DNA of 62,266 nt from an uncultured Alphaproteobacteria bacterium (GTDB lineage Bacteria > Pseudomonadota > Alphaproteobacteria > Micavibrionales > UBA9664), in contig CAXGMH010000003.1 of assembly GCA_964010795.1 (NCBI GenBank), positions 1 to 62,266 on the forward strand, given 5' to 3'. Position numbers and translations under genes: made by a program. The notes under the pieces are model-generated. The model was given only the letters and a program-made list of their open reading frames with translations. It did no database searches and had not been told where the DNA came from. Shown piece after piece: positions 1 through 10,338 of the stretch (position 1 is its first letter; every line of letters begins with the position of its first letter).

Positions 1-100
1 CCACGACACCGCCGCCCGTGCTTTGTGTGACGGCGTAAGCCAGGGCAGCGAACATGGCCACAGCAATCAAAATAAGAAATAGAACGTTACCGCGCAGCAT
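1..100 (-). CDS. Pilin-like protein, 5' part only (runs off window)
   Basis: Reverse strand from ATG at 100 reads MLRGNVLFLILIAVAMFAALAYAVTQSTGGGVV; same G|NVLFLIL...YAVTQS N-terminus as 43616-45011. Confidence 0.75.
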   Translation of the reverse strand, partial: MLRGNVLFLILIAVAMFAALAYAVTQSTGGGVV

Positions 101-167
101 AATATTAATATAGCATATGCTTGGTTAAAGGCCATATAGGACTTGATAAAAACTAAACCTTCACAGC

Positions 168-198
168 AAAAAAAAATCCCGGCACGAGCCGGGATTTT
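168..198 (-). terminator. Intrinsic terminator
   Basis: Stem aaaatcccggc / gccgggatttt with 4-nt loop; A-run 168-176 gives a U-tract on the minus strand. Confidence 0.8.
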
Positions 199-258
199 GA
201 GTGTGCAAGCTGTTTTTGTTTTTATTGTCGCTTGCTTGGGTCTTTAGGTTTTTTGGGT

Positions 259-432
259 TTATAGGGTATTGGTTCTGCTTACATTGAAAGCCAGACTTAC
301 GGCTTTGGAGGGTTGTTCGTCCCACATCTCATACGATTGAGACAGGCAACGCTTAAAAATCATGTCCGAGTAGCTGATGCCAATAAAAAAGGATGCTGCA
401 CTAATAGCGAAAATTATAAATAAAAAGATCAT
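259..432 (-). CDS. Small membrane protein (57 aa), hypothetical
   Basis: ATG at 432 with GGGGAG RBS and TTGACA at 477-472; hydrophobic N-terminus MIFLFIIFAISAASFFIGI; terminator downstream. Confidence 0.55.
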   Translation of the reverse strand: MIFLFIIFAISAASFFIGISYSDMIFKRCLSQSYEMWDEQPSKAVSLAFNVSRTNTL

Positions 433-675
433 TATTGTCTCCCCACAGTGATGATCGTTATATTTATAATATGTCAAATAATGCTATTGGATGCAAGAAA
501 AAATTGAAAAAAAGTATTTAAAAACAATAACTTATTCTTATTTAATATTATTATTATACATAATAAATAATGGGGCGGTGTAGTTGAGGGGATCGGTCAG
601 TAAAGTGAACACCCTTTCAGATTGGGCTGAGGTCGGTAATAAAGAGTTTAGGACGCACGATAGTGTCCTTAATTA

Positions 676-2148
676 TTATAGGGGTGTGTCTTGAGACGGC
701 GTATCGCCCGCAGAGGGTGCGTTTTGTGACGGTGCGCTTTGCATTAATGCGCCTAAAAGCATACCGATAGCGATTTGAATGTTCTTATCGTTAACGCTCA
801 TCTCTCCTTCTTTTGTGACGCGGAAGTTAAAGACATGAGCGGTTGAGCCATCATTTAATTGTCGCGTTTCAGAAAGCTGTATGAGGGCGGCCTTCACTGG
901 TGCGGGGACAGTGTTGGGAATTGGCATACCCTCAGGGACGCCCTGAAGCTTCGTATCTGTGGGAAGTTTGACGCTATCAAGCCAGCTCTCAAGTCCTTTG
1001 ACAGTTAAGACTGTTGTGCCATACATCCCCAGTTTATGTTCATTGTCTCCGATGACATCGGTTTCAACTTTCAGTGTGCGGTCTTGTCGGTCGGCAAGGA
1101 AGAACTGATAGGCGAAATTCGCGCCTGCTTTTTGTGCCGCTTCGATAAAGCGATCAAATGTCGCATTAAAGGCCTCGTTAATAGCTTCTTTTTCTGTTTC
1201 GCTGATGCTATCAGGATTTGTGATCTTGTCCTTATGTTCTTTTAACAGGGCTTTATTTTCTTCGATCAACTCACGATATAAATCGCGAGAGAGGCCTTTT
1301 AGCATTGTCTGAAAGCGTAGCTCGGCAGGTACAGGGAAGTCGATCGCTTTCCCATTCTTGGTTGCTGTCAGGTCTTTGACGGAAAACAGAGCTAGATAAT
1401 CAATCTCGCCATTTTGTGTCGCGTGAGCAAGGTCTATATTCAGTGTCGCAGCCTTTGCGATCAGTGTGTCTTGCTGCGTTGCTTTTGCGCTCAGACTTTT
1501 GCTTTTAAGCAGCTGGTCGATATAAAATGTCGTATTACTAAGTGAAAGATTGATGTCTCCGGTTCCAGCATAGAAAAAATCACCGAGATTACGGTCTTTT
1601 TCTAGTGCGCCAGTGTCAATATCGGACATTGTTTTGCTCATGCGCACTTCTTCGATTTGGGCGTGTGTGCGACCCTGCGTGTCACGTAAAATGATGTCCT
1701 TGATACTGATCTTATTGCTTGTGAAGATGTCGAACTTTTTGTCGATCGTCACAATATTGTCTTGTGCGCCCAGATGGAGCTCTCTGCTGTCGTTACCATC
1801 GGGTGAGGTGATGACAATCGGTGTGGCATAGGCCACGCGACCGATCCATTGCTCGGTTTGTTGATTGGGAACAATATTAAAGGAGAGGTTGCCTAACTTT
1901 ACAATCAGCCCCATATCAACGGTTACAGCCGGAGTTGTGATGGAGTAATAACCTTGTGCCGGTTCAACCAGAAGGGGGCCTTCATAAGAGATGTTAATGC
2001 CATTCGGCTCTGCCTGCTCTTTAATTTGTTTAAGCTGGTTTTCAAAAAATGAACGGATTTCCAGACGTTCATCCGCTTTGGCGGGTAGCGTCACAAGAGC
2101 ACATAATGCGCAAAGAAAAGACAGGATTAATTTCATAAAATTGAGCAT
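676..2148 (-). CDS. Exported hypothetical protein
   Basis: Long ORF with signal peptide MKLILSFLCALCALVTLPAKA; start 2148 or 2136. Confidence 0.7.
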   Translation of the reverse strand: MLNFMKLILSFLCALCALVTLPAKADERLEIRSFFENQLKQIKEQAEPNGINISYEGPLLVEPAQGYYSITTPAVTVDMGLIVKLGNLSFNIVPNQQTEQWIGRVAYATPIVITSPDGNDSRELHLGAQDNIVTIDKKFDIFTSNKISIKDIILRDTQGRTHAQIEEVRMSKTMSDIDTGALEKDRNLGDFFYAGTGDINLSLSNTTFYIDQLLKSKSLSAKATQQDTLIAKAATLNIDLAHATQNGEIDYLALFSVKDLTATKNGKAIDFPVPAELRFQTMLKGLSRDLYRELIEENKALLKEHKDKITNPDSISETEKEAINEAFNATFDRFIEAAQKAGANFAYQFFLADRQDRTLKVETDVIGDNEHKLGMYGTTVLTVKGLESWLDSVKLPTDTKLQGVPEGMPIPNTVPAPVKAALIQLSETRQLNDGSTAHVFNFRVTKEGEMSVNDKNIQIAIGMLLGALMQSAPSQNAPSAGDTPSQDTPL

Positions 2149-2219
2149 AACACAGCTCCCGTTGAATACAAGCATTGGACGCCTTGTCTTGGCGCTCTAT
2201 ACTCTGTTTTATTATGCCG

Positions 2220-4982
2220 ATGGCTAAATACACCAAAACACCCCCTTCGCCTCGTATGGAGGCTTTGCTCGGTCCGACCAATACGGGTAAGACCCATTAC
2301 GCAATAGAGCGTATGCTGTCATATAAGACGGGCTGTATTGGATTCCCCTTGCGATTGCTGGCTCGTGAAAACTACGAACGTCTTGTGCGTGAGAAGGGGC
2401 GCCTGCAAGTGGCTTTGATTACGGGGGAAGAAAAAATCATTCCTCAAGGGGCCAAATATTTCCTTTGTACGGTTGAGTCTATGCCGATAACTCAAGGGTT
2501 CGAGTTTATAGCTATTGACGAGGTGCAACTTTGTGCGGACCCGGAACGCGGCCATGTGTTCACAGATCGCCTTTTGCGCTGTCGCGGTAGTGAAGAAACG
2601 CTTTTTTTGGGCGCCGAGACAATCCGTCCCGTAATTGCCGGCCTCTTGCCTGAGACAAAATTTTCTACAAGAGAGCGCTTGTCTTTGCTTGAATATACAG
2701 GGTTTCGTAAGATCACGAGACTGCCCAAGCGCTCGGCAATTGTCGGCTTTTCTGTTGATGAGGTTTATGCAACGGCTGATTTGATGCGCAGGCAAAAGGG
2801 TGGTGCAGCCGTGGTTATGGGAGCGCTGTCGCCGCGCACCCGTAATAAACAGGTCGAGATGTATCAATCCGGCGAAGTGGATTACCTGATCGCGACGGAT
2901 GCGATCGGTATGGGATTAAATATGGATATTCATCATGTCGCCTTGGCCGGATTGCGCAAATATGATGGAGCGAGGATGCGCCGCCTGTATGTCAGTGAAA
3001 TGGCCCAGATTGCAGGGCGTGCGGGGCGCTATAGGCGAAACGGGACATTTGGTGTGACGGGCTTTGCTGAAAATCTGGCGCCCGAAGAATACGAAGCTAT
3101 TCAGAAAAACGAATTTCCGAGCCTTAGTGAGATATATTGGCGTAATCCTAATTTAGACTTTGCATCTCCCAAAGCGCTTCTGCGCTCGCTTAATAATGCG
3201 TCTGGGCACGCCATGTTGGTGCGCGGGCGCGTATCAGATGACCAGCGCACTCTGGAATCCTTAAGCGAATACGAGGAGGTGATGGCTCGTGCCAGCAATC
3301 CGGAGGCCATGCATCTGCTTTGGGATGTTTGCCAGATTCCTGATTTCAGGAAAACACTTCAGGAAAAACATGACGAGCTTGTGGCGGGTCTTTATCTTGA
3401 CCTGATTGAGCACGGAACTATTCCGGCTGAGCGCGTAGATGTAGCTCTTGCACGGTTGGATAATATCGAAGGCGATGTTGATGCGCTTATGAACCGTCTT
3501 TCGCATATCCGAACTTGGAGCTATGTTGCTCACCGCAAAGACTGGCATGACGGACCCGAAGCCATACAACAGAAGGCTCGCCAGATCGAAGACCGCCTTT
3601 CGGATGCATTGCATGACGCCTTGATTAAGCGCTTTGTTGATAAGCGTTCTGCGGTTTTGATGCGCTCCTTGGAGGAGGGGCGCACGCTTTTGGCGGGAAT
3701 TAGAAGCAATGGTGAGGTGATTGTCGAAGGGCATAAGGTCGGAGATTTACGCGGCTTTTGTTTCGAAGCTGATGGCACGCCTGACCGCTCGGATTATAAA
3801 GCTGTTGTAAAGGCAGCCCGAAATGCATTAAAACCAGAAATAAAGAAAAGACTGGACGCTATGACGAAATTTGAAAACAACCAATTCCAACTTCTGCCAT
3901 CAGGTGAAATCACATGGCAGCCCAAGGCCAATAACCCAACGCCGGGCGATGCTGTTGCGCGTTTGGAAAAAGGAAATGATCCGCTAAAGCCGGGTGTTGT
4001 CTTGATTGAGAACGGTTTGCTTGAAGGGGAAGACAAAGCCTTGGCTAAGATGCGTATTCAAAGCTGGCTTGATAAGCATATGGGAGATGTTCTGGAGCCG
4101 CTTATGGCCTTGGATGACCAGAATCTGACGGGACCTGCTCGTGGTATTGCCTTTCAAGTTAAAGAAGGAATGGGAGTTCTGCCTCGTGCCGAGATCGAAG
4201 ACTTGATCGCAGAGCTTGATGAAACAGGCCGCGCTCAGTTGCGTTCAAAGCGTGTGCGCCTTGGCCCGCTTCTGGCCTTTGTTCCGCCACTAAATAAGCC
4301 TGCAGCAGTACGTTTGCGCGGTATGCTTTGGTGTTTATGGAATGGCCGGGATTTACCTGCTCCAGTCCCTGCAGATGGTGTGGTCTCTGTGGCTCTGGAT
4401 GATGACCAGCGCAAGCAAACGGCTTTTTACCAAGCTGTGGGCTATCCTGTAATGGGGCCTCGTGCTGTGCGTATCGATATGCTCGACCGCGTCATTGTCG
4501 ATATTTATGACAGCTCTAAAGATTGGAAGTTTCAGGCCAAACATAGCTATTCCGAATGGATGGGAGCCACAACAGAAGATACGCTCGCTATTTTAACGGC
4601 AATGGGGCACAAACAAATCCAGGAAGAAAATGCGCCACAAGAAGCGGCTCAGTCAGAAGAAAAGCCCCAACCGGAGGCTAAGGATACTTCTGAAGCTCCC
4701 GAAGAGAAAAAGGACAAAGACCTACCTTGGTTTGAGCTTCGCCGCGGAAAAATGGCCGGCCCTGCGCGTGCAAAATCAAAACAGCCACACAAGCCAAAGT
4801 CGGAACAAAAACCCGGTCAAAAAACAGATCAGAAGTCGTCGCATAAGAAAAAGCCGCCTCAGAAAAGGAAAGCAAAGCCGCAAGGCCCAAAGACGTATAA
4901 TTTTGAGATCAAGGGCGATGAAAAGGCGGATGCGGATAATCCTTTTGCTGTGTTAAAACAGCTTCAAGAAAAGGGTAAGTAA
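2220..4982 (+). CDS. SUV3/MgpS-like superfamily II helicase
   Basis: GPTNTGKT Walker A, IDEVQ, ATDAIGMGLN, QIAGRAGR; basic low-complexity tail ending DNPFAVL. Confidence 0.9.
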   Translation: MAKYTKTPPSPRMEALLGPTNTGKTHYAIERMLSYKTGCIGFPLRLLARENYERLVREKGRLQVALITGEEKIIPQGAKYFLCTVESMPITQGFEFIAIDEVQLCADPERGHVFTDRLLRCRGSEETLFLGAETIRPVIAGLLPETKFSTRERLSLLEYTGFRKITRLPKRSAIVGFSVDEVYATADLMRRQKGGAAVVMGALSPRTRNKQVEMYQSGEVDYLIATDAIGMGLNMDIHHVALAGLRKYDGARMRRLYVSEMAQIAGRAGRYRRNGTFGVTGFAENLAPEEYEAIQKNEFPSLSEIYWRNPNLDFASPKALLRSLNNASGHAMLVRGRVSDDQRTLESLSEYEEVMARASNPEAMHLLWDVCQIPDFRKTLQEKHDELVAGLYLDLIEHGTIPAERVDVALARLDNIEGDVDALMNRLSHIRTWSYVAHRKDWHDGPEAIQQKARQIEDRLSDALHDALIKRFVDKRSAVLMRSLEEGRTLLAGIRSNGEVIVEGHKVGDLRGFCFEADGTPDRSDYKAVVKAARNALKPEIKKRLDAMTKFENNQFQLLPSGEITWQPKANNPTPGDAVARLEKGNDPLKPGVVLIENGLLEGEDKALAKMRIQSWLDKHMGDVLEPLMALDDQNLTGPARGIAFQVKEGMGVLPRAEIEDLIAELDETGRAQLRSKRVRLGPLLAFVPPLNKPAAVRLRGMLWCLWNGRDLPAPVPADGVVSVALDDDQRKQTAFYQAVGYPVMGPRAVRIDMLDRVIVDIYDSSKDWKFQAKHSYSEWMGATTEDTLAILTAMGHKQIQEENAPQEAAQSEEKPQPEAKDTSEAPEEKKDKDLPWFELRRGKMAGPARAKSKQPHKPKSEQKPGQKTDQKSSHKKKPPQKRKAKPQGPKTYNFEIKGDEKADADNPFAVLKQLQEKGK

Positions 4983-4985
4983 GGC

Positions 4986-5264
4986 CTAGACGTCATCTCT
5001 GAACAGAAATGCTGCCTCGATGCGATCGAGCTTGCTTTGTGTTTTTGCCAAGTCTTTTTCCGTGTGCGTCATGCGAGTTTCAAGTACGAAAAGTTTCATA
5101 AGCTGTGTGTGGAGTTGTTCGAGCCGTTTTTCCAGTTTTTCTACCTCTTCCTTCATTGTGTGAAGGGCAAAGCGTGTCACGGCTGCATTAACTACGATCA
5201 TGATTATAAAGGTCAGTAGCGTCGGCAGCGGTAACGCTCCGAGCGAGAAAAAGAAATCAGACAT
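4986..5264 (-). CDS. Small TM + coiled-coil protein (phage holin/XhlA-like architecture)
   Basis: N-terminal hydrophobic helix followed by heptad-rich tail; has its own sigma70-like promoter. Confidence 0.6.
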   Translation of the reverse strand: MSDFFFSLGALPLPTLLTFIIMIVVNAAVTRFALHTMKEEVEKLEKRLEQLHTQLMKLFVLETRMTHTEKDLAKTQSKLDRIEAAFLFRDDV

Positions 5265-5311
5265 ATAGTGAGAACCTGTGTTTGAGCGAGAGGGCGCATT
5301 TTGCCCGTTTG

Positions 5312-5350
5312 TAGGATTTTAATCCTATCCATGTTTAACGGTATTGTCAA
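5312..5350 (-). promoter_or_regulatory. sigma70-like promoter with overlapping 16-bp palindromic operator
   Basis: TTGACA (5350-5345), 17-bp spacer, TAGGAT (5327-5322); palindrome TAGGATTTTAATCCTA at 5312-5327. Confidence 0.65.
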
Positions 5351-5421
5351 TTTATTTTTGAACCATAGGCTGACAGTAGCGTAGGTATGCTAGGAAAAAG
5401 TTAAAAAAAATCTTGCAAATA

Positions 5422-5436
5422 TTAACAAAGTGTTAA
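5422..5436. promoter_or_regulatory. CtrA-type box
   Basis: TTAA-CAAAGTG-TTAA matches TTAA-N7-TTAA, intergenic. Confidence 0.5.
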
Positions 5437-5589
5437 TTTTTATTGCGGTGATTCGTTTTTTGTGCATATATGGTGCCTATGGATATTATTGGACATTACT
5501 ACGCACAACCTTTGATTTCTAAGAAAAACAGGGTTCGTAGCAAAGACAAAACAGAGAATACAAAGAACACATCCTGGGGTGAACAGGAT

Positions 5590-5805
5590 ATGGCCGATGA
5601 TGCTTTGTCTGCTATGGAGGCGCGTCTTAATGAAATCCGGATGCGTAAGCTGGCGGATCGTCGCAACACACCTGTTTTTCGTGCTAAACAAGCTGATATC
5701 AGCAGCTGGATCGGTACAGTCGCCACAGAGCAGGATAGAGGTTCACGTTCCGACCGCGCATTCCAGACCTATAGCCGTATGTCCAAATTGCCGCAAGGCG
5801 AATAG
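5590..5805 (+). CDS. Hypothetical protein
   Basis: ORF; likely start MADDAL at 5590 with AGGA upstream. Confidence 0.5.
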   Translation: MADDALSAMEARLNEIRMRKLADRRNTPVFRAKQADISSWIGTVATEQDRGSRSDRAFQTYSRMSKLPQGE

Positions 5806-5838
5806 ACCAGCAAATATTCAGGGTGTGGGAGCCTTATT

Positions 5839-6177
5839 TTGGTACAGTCAGACGATCCGACAATTTCGATTTTAGTCGCACAAAAAGAGACGGATAAAAA
5901 GAAAAGCCGTAAGCAGCAAGATGATGCAGCCCTTCATGCAGCACGACTTAATCGTTTGCTGAATCAGCAAAATGCACTGACTGTTTTGATGTGCCAATCC
6001 TCTTCTGTTGGTGGTGGAAAAAGCGCCTTTTCAGGTGATGAGATGCGCAGACCGCCTTTTGATGCAAAATATTTTCGCGAAATTCTGGCTGTGAATGGCA
6101 CATTACCAACACCAGAGTCTATGCTTCGGAGGCGCCGTATGAGCCAAGACGGCAACTCGCCTAAGGCCGCAGCATAA
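5839..6177 (+). CDS. Hypothetical protein
   Basis: 112-aa ORF filling the gap before a convergent gene. Confidence 0.5.
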   Translation: MVQSDDPTISILVAQKETDKKKSRKQQDDAALHAARLNRLLNQQNALTVLMCQSSSVGGGKSAFSGDEMRRPPFDAKYFREILAVNGTLPTPESMLRRRRMSQDGNSPKAAA

Positions 6178-6186
6178 TATAGATAC

Positions 6187-7905
6187 CTATTGTTTCCACC
6201 AGGTCTCAATAACAGGGCCGTAAACCGGTGTGTTTTCAGGTATTGCGATAGAGGGGCGCGTCGCAATAAGGTCTTTGCCGGCATAAAATAAAGGAATGAT
6301 GCGGTAATCTTCGAGGACTTTGCGGTCGAGTTTCCGGGCTGCATCAATTAACTCTGCGCGTGATACCGCGTTCACAAGCGCGTGAATGGCATCGTCTACT
6401 TCTTGGTCTTTTACGCGTGCATAGTTTCGTGTCCCGAATTGGTCTGCTGCGGCCGTGCCCCAATAGATAGCTTGTTCGTTCCCGGGAGAGAGTGAATTGA
6501 TCCAGCGGTAAAAGACCATGTCGTAATCAAATTCATTCAGGCGACCTAAAAATTGTGCAGAATCGACCGCACGTACTGAAGCGTCTATGCCAAGACGAGA
6601 AAGATTGCGCTTATAAGTCAGGGCAATTTTCTCGTCCTCTGGGTTGTTGAGCAGAATTTCAAAAGTAAAAATCTGACCGTCCTTTTGTAAAATACCGTCT
6701 TTGACGCGCCATCCTGCCTTTTGCAGCAATTGATTGGCCTGTCTCAATCTTGTGCGTTGTGGCTGGTTGAGCTGACTTTTTAAAAATGCGTTATCCGCAG
6801 CAAGCTCGGAATTGGGAAACAGGCTGGTGATTGGCTCATAAGCATCATGATACAGGTTCTTATTTACCCATTCATACGGGAAGGCCAGCCAGAGTGCTTG
6901 TCTCACACTCTTTTCCTCGAAGAGAGGTTTTGCGCCATTGGGGATGAGCGCTTTCAGCCATTCGGGACGGCCATGTTTAAAGGCGTTTTGAGAGATGTCT
7001 TTTGTGCTGTTATAACCTGTGATCCAGCGTGCGATATCTTGCTCGCGCCATATATCAATAGCGCCTGCCTTTAAGGCTTGAAAGGCAACAGTGTTGTCGC
7101 GAAAGTAGTCATAGACAAGGCGGTCGTAATTATAATGTCCTTTATTTACGGGTAAATCTGCGGCCCAGTAATCTTGAACGCGCTCATATGTAATCTGTCG
7201 TCCGGGATCTAGGCTTGATACCTTGTATGGGCCATTGCCCAAAGGTGGTTCTAGCGTTGTCGCGGCAAAATCTTTGTCGTGCCAGTACGACTTTGGCACG
7301 ATGCGCATGATGGATAGGATCATGGCTGTCTCGGCGTCATAGCCCTCGCCAAAAACAAAGCGAATGCGGCGGGGGCTTTGGATATCTACTTCTTTGACAA
7401 GGCCATAGACTTGGCGTGTAACAGGTTTGCCATGTGTTTTATGCATCTCAAAGCTGAAGGCGACATCTTCTGATGTGATCTGTGAGCCGTCGTGAAAGCG
7501 GGCATCGGGGTTGAGGGTATAGGTAATCTCTGAGCGATCGGGCGCAATCTCGACAGACTCGGCGATCAGGCCATAAAGGCCGAATGGCTCATCCCAGACA
7601 CGTCGCATAAGCGGATCATATAGATAGGTGAGGCCTGATGCCTTCACCCCTTTGATGTTGTATGGGTTGAGTGTGTCAAAGCTTCCACTGGCAGATTGCG
7701 TAAGCGTCCCGCCTTTTGGCGCATCCGGATTGGCATAATCCAAATGAAGGAAGTCTTCCTGATATTTGGGCTGCCCATGCATTGTGATGGCGTGTTGGGG
7801 CAGGCGCTTCGCGTCATTGTTACTGGCGCTAGAATTGGCGCAAAGGGCAATTGGCCATATGAGGCTAATGATAAGGGTAAGGCTTGCTAAAGCTTTGCGT
7901 ATCAT
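6187..7905 (-). CDS. yejA: ABC transporter substrate-binding protein, YejA-like
   Basis: HAITMHGQPKY, YANPDAPKGG, FDTLNPY, GNGPY motifs; start MIRKAL overlaps the upstream stop (ATGA). Confidence 0.85.
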   Translation of the reverse strand: MIRKALASLTLIISLIWPIALCANSSASNNDAKRLPQHAITMHGQPKYQEDFLHLDYANPDAPKGGTLTQSASGSFDTLNPYNIKGVKASGLTYLYDPLMRRVWDEPFGLYGLIAESVEIAPDRSEITYTLNPDARFHDGSQITSEDVAFSFEMHKTHGKPVTRQVYGLVKEVDIQSPRRIRFVFGEGYDAETAMILSIMRIVPKSYWHDKDFAATTLEPPLGNGPYKVSSLDPGRQITYERVQDYWAADLPVNKGHYNYDRLVYDYFRDNTVAFQALKAGAIDIWREQDIARWITGYNSTKDISQNAFKHGRPEWLKALIPNGAKPLFEEKSVRQALWLAFPYEWVNKNLYHDAYEPITSLFPNSELAADNAFLKSQLNQPQRTRLRQANQLLQKAGWRVKDGILQKDGQIFTFEILLNNPEDEKIALTYKRNLSRLGIDASVRAVDSAQFLGRLNEFDYDMVFYRWINSLSPGNEQAIYWGTAAADQFGTRNYARVKDQEVDDAIHALVNAVSRAELIDAARKLDRKVLEDYRIIPLFYAGKDLIATRPSIAIPENTPVYGPVIETWWKQ

Positions 7906-8912
7906 GCCAACAAGGCTGTGTAGCTTGTTTGTGGGCGCGGACCGAAATGCGAGATAACCTCGGCGGCGGCCTTGCATCCCAAAGCGCCGCATTCTTCGAG
8001 TGTCATGCCGCGGCTCAGGCCAAACAGGAATCCCGCGGCGAATTGGTCGCCGGCACCGGTTGTATCGATGATAGTGTCAACAGGATGAGCAGGCACATTA
8101 TAGCGTTTCCCGTGAGACAGGATAACCGCGCCTTTTTCAGAGCGTGTGATAACGACGATACGGCATTTTCCTTCGACTCTGGATATCGCCTCTTCCAGAG
8201 TTTGTGCCTGATAAAGGGATTTGATTTCGGCTTCGTTTGAAAAAAGGATATCAACATCACTAGATACCAGCTCTTCAAACTCTGCGCGGTGACGATCAAC
8301 GCAGAATGTGTCTGATAGTGTGAGTGCAACCTCAACGCCGTGTTTACGCGCGATCTCGGATGCTTTCTTATAAGCGGCCTTGGCCTTTGGTTTGTCGTAG
8401 AGATAGCCTTCGAGATAGAGAATGCGGCCCTGCGCGATGACTGTTTCATCAAGGTCCGTCTCTTCAAACTCTGTTGAGGCGCCGAGGAAGGTGTTCATCG
8501 AGCGTTCGGCATCAGGTGTGACAAAAATATGGCAGCTGGCTGTCGCTGGGCCGTCAATCAGTGGCTGGTTATTAAATGCGATTCCTTGTTCGTTCATGCC
8601 TTGATTAAACGCTTCGCCAAGGCTGTCTTTGGCGACCTTGCCGATGAAAGCGCCTTTGCCCCCGAAAGAACCAAATCCAGCCATTGTATTAGCAGCGGAT
8701 CCGCCTGAGCTTGTGACCGCGTTATTCATCTTTGAAAACAGCTCTGCAGCGCGGGCTTCGTCGATGAGCGTCATTGCGCCTTTTTCAATGTTCTCAGCTT
8801 TTAAGAAATCGTCATTGGCATGAGCCAGAATATCCACGATTGCATTACCAACGGCTACGACATCGTATGCCTTGGTAAGTTCTTGCTGTTTTTTATCTTG
8901 TGAAGAAGGCAT
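7902..8912 (-). CDS. PfkB-family sugar/adenosine kinase
   Basis: GNAIVD, GGSAANT, DTTGAGDQFAAGF. Confidence 0.9.
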   Translation of the reverse strand: MPSSQDKKQQELTKAYDVVAVGNAIVDILAHANDDFLKAENIEKGAMTLIDEARAAELFSKMNNAVTSSGGSAANTMAGFGSFGGKGAFIGKVAKDSLGEAFNQGMNEQGIAFNNQPLIDGPATASCHIFVTPDAERSMNTFLGASTEFEETDLDETVIAQGRILYLEGYLYDKPKAKAAYKKASEIARKHGVEVALTLSDTFCVDRHRAEFEELVSSDVDILFSNEAEIKSLYQAQTLEEAISRVEGKCRIVVITRSEKGAVILSHGKRYNVPAHPVDTIIDTTGAGDQFAAGFLFGLSRGMTLEECGALGCKAAAEVISHFGPRPQTSYTALLA

Positions 8913-8983
8913 TGCACGCGCTCTCTTTCTTTTCTATCAATATAGTCTAAGTTTTATGAATAGATACATTTAAATGAGGTCTC

Positions 8984-9568
8984 GTGATGACGCAAGTCGA
9001 TAAGCCGAAAAAAGCACATCCATCCGATTGGATTATACAAGCAGCCTTTGATGCGGCGAAAACGATGCCTTGGGCTCAGTTGACATTAAGTGATATTGCC
9101 GAGGCTGCTGGACGGTCAATGGTAGAGCTGCGCGATGTCGTGGACGATAAGACGGATATCCTTGTTCTTTATGGCCGTAAACTGGATCGCAATGTTTTGC
9201 AAAACTGCGCAAAGCCTGATTATAGTGAAAGTGAGAAAGACCGTTTATTCGAGGTTTTGATGGAACGTTTCGATATTCTCAATCAAGACCGTGAGGCGGT
9301 ATTGTCCATTCTCGATAGCCTAAAATCTGATCCAAAGGCGTTGGTGATTTCGTTCCCGCACCTTAAGCACTCAATGGCATGGATGATGGAGGCGGCGGGG
9401 GTGTCGTCTTCGGGGTGGCGCGGTCTGGCGAAGCTGGCGCTACTGACGGGGCTTTACCTCAATGTCGTCAGGCACTGGAAAAATGATGACAGTCCCGATC
9501 TGGCCAAAACGATGGCCGGTCTCGACAGGGCGCTTGAGCGCTTCACAAAATGCGGGAATGTGATTTAG
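8984..9568 (+). CDS. TetR-like regulator
   Basis: N-terminal HTH (LTLSDIAEAAG), DRLFEVLMERFD, DDSPDLAKTMAGLD. Confidence 0.75.
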   Translation: MMTQVDKPKKAHPSDWIIQAAFDAAKTMPWAQLTLSDIAEAAGRSMVELRDVVDDKTDILVLYGRKLDRNVLQNCAKPDYSESEKDRLFEVLMERFDILNQDREAVLSILDSLKSDPKALVISFPHLKHSMAWMMEAAGVSSSGWRGLAKLALLTGLYLNVVRHWKNDDSPDLAKTMAGLDRALERFTKCGNVI

Positions 9569-9580
9569 TGAGTATAAAGC

Positions 9581-9919
9581 TTAGGCTGCTTCGTTAAAGG
9601 CAACGCCTTTATCTTTAAGAAGGGTTTGCAGCTCGCCTGTCTCATACATTTCGCGGATAATGTCGCAACCTCCGACAAACTCTCCTTTGACAAAAAGTTG
9701 AGGAATTGTCGGCCAGTTATTAAAGTCTTTGATGCCTTGGCGAATATCGTTATCAGCCAGAACATCAATAGAGTGGAACTCGACACCAAGCACAGACAGG
9801 ATCTGTACGACAGCTGCTGAGAAGCCGCATTGAGGAAACACGGCTGTGCCTTTCATGTATAAAGTCACATCATTGTTGTTGATATCTTGTTTGATGCGGT
9901 CAAAAACGACGTTTTGCAT
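9581..9919 (-). CDS. grxD: Monothiol glutaredoxin
   Basis: PQCGFS, WPTIPQ, GGCD. Confidence 0.95.
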   Translation of the reverse strand: MQNVVFDRIKQDINNNDVTLYMKGTAVFPQCGFSAAVVQILSVLGVEFHSIDVLADNDIRQGIKDFNNWPTIPQLFVKGEFVGGCDIIREMYETGELQTLLKDKGVAFNEAA

Positions 9920-9984
9920 AGGCCACCCTTTCTAATTATATTTCTTGTTATTCTTATTCAATTCTCAATTATTATAGCAATGTA

Positions 9985-10218
9985 TCATTCAGGTGCTTTG
10001 GTATGCAACATTAAAGCATGGAGTTCTCCACCCATCTTATCACCCAAAGCGCGGTACACCATTTGGTGCTGTTGTACGCGAGGTTTTCCTGTGAAAGAAG
10101 GAGAGGTAACATAGGCAGCATAGTGATCGCCGTCACCGCGTAAATCCTCTATTCGGACATCCGCATCGGGCAATCCTTGCTTAATCAGGTTTTCGATTTC
10201 ATTAGCATTCATAGGCAT
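9985..10218 (-). CDS. bolA: BolA family protein
   Basis: GDGDHY, RVQQHQMVY, LHAL; adjacent to grxD. Confidence 0.9.
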   Translation of the reverse strand: MPMNANEIENLIKQGLPDADVRIEDLRGDGDHYAAYVTSPSFTGKPRVQQHQMVYRALGDKMGGELHALMLHTKAPE

Positions 10219-10338
10219 ATTAATAGAGGTAACGCGTTCGCACTTAAAAATCCAGTGTGATTTTTGTTGACATAATTAAATATTATGTGTATTTTTATTA
10301 TGCGATTTGATTCAAAGGGTTTTAAAAAGGTGTGAAAT

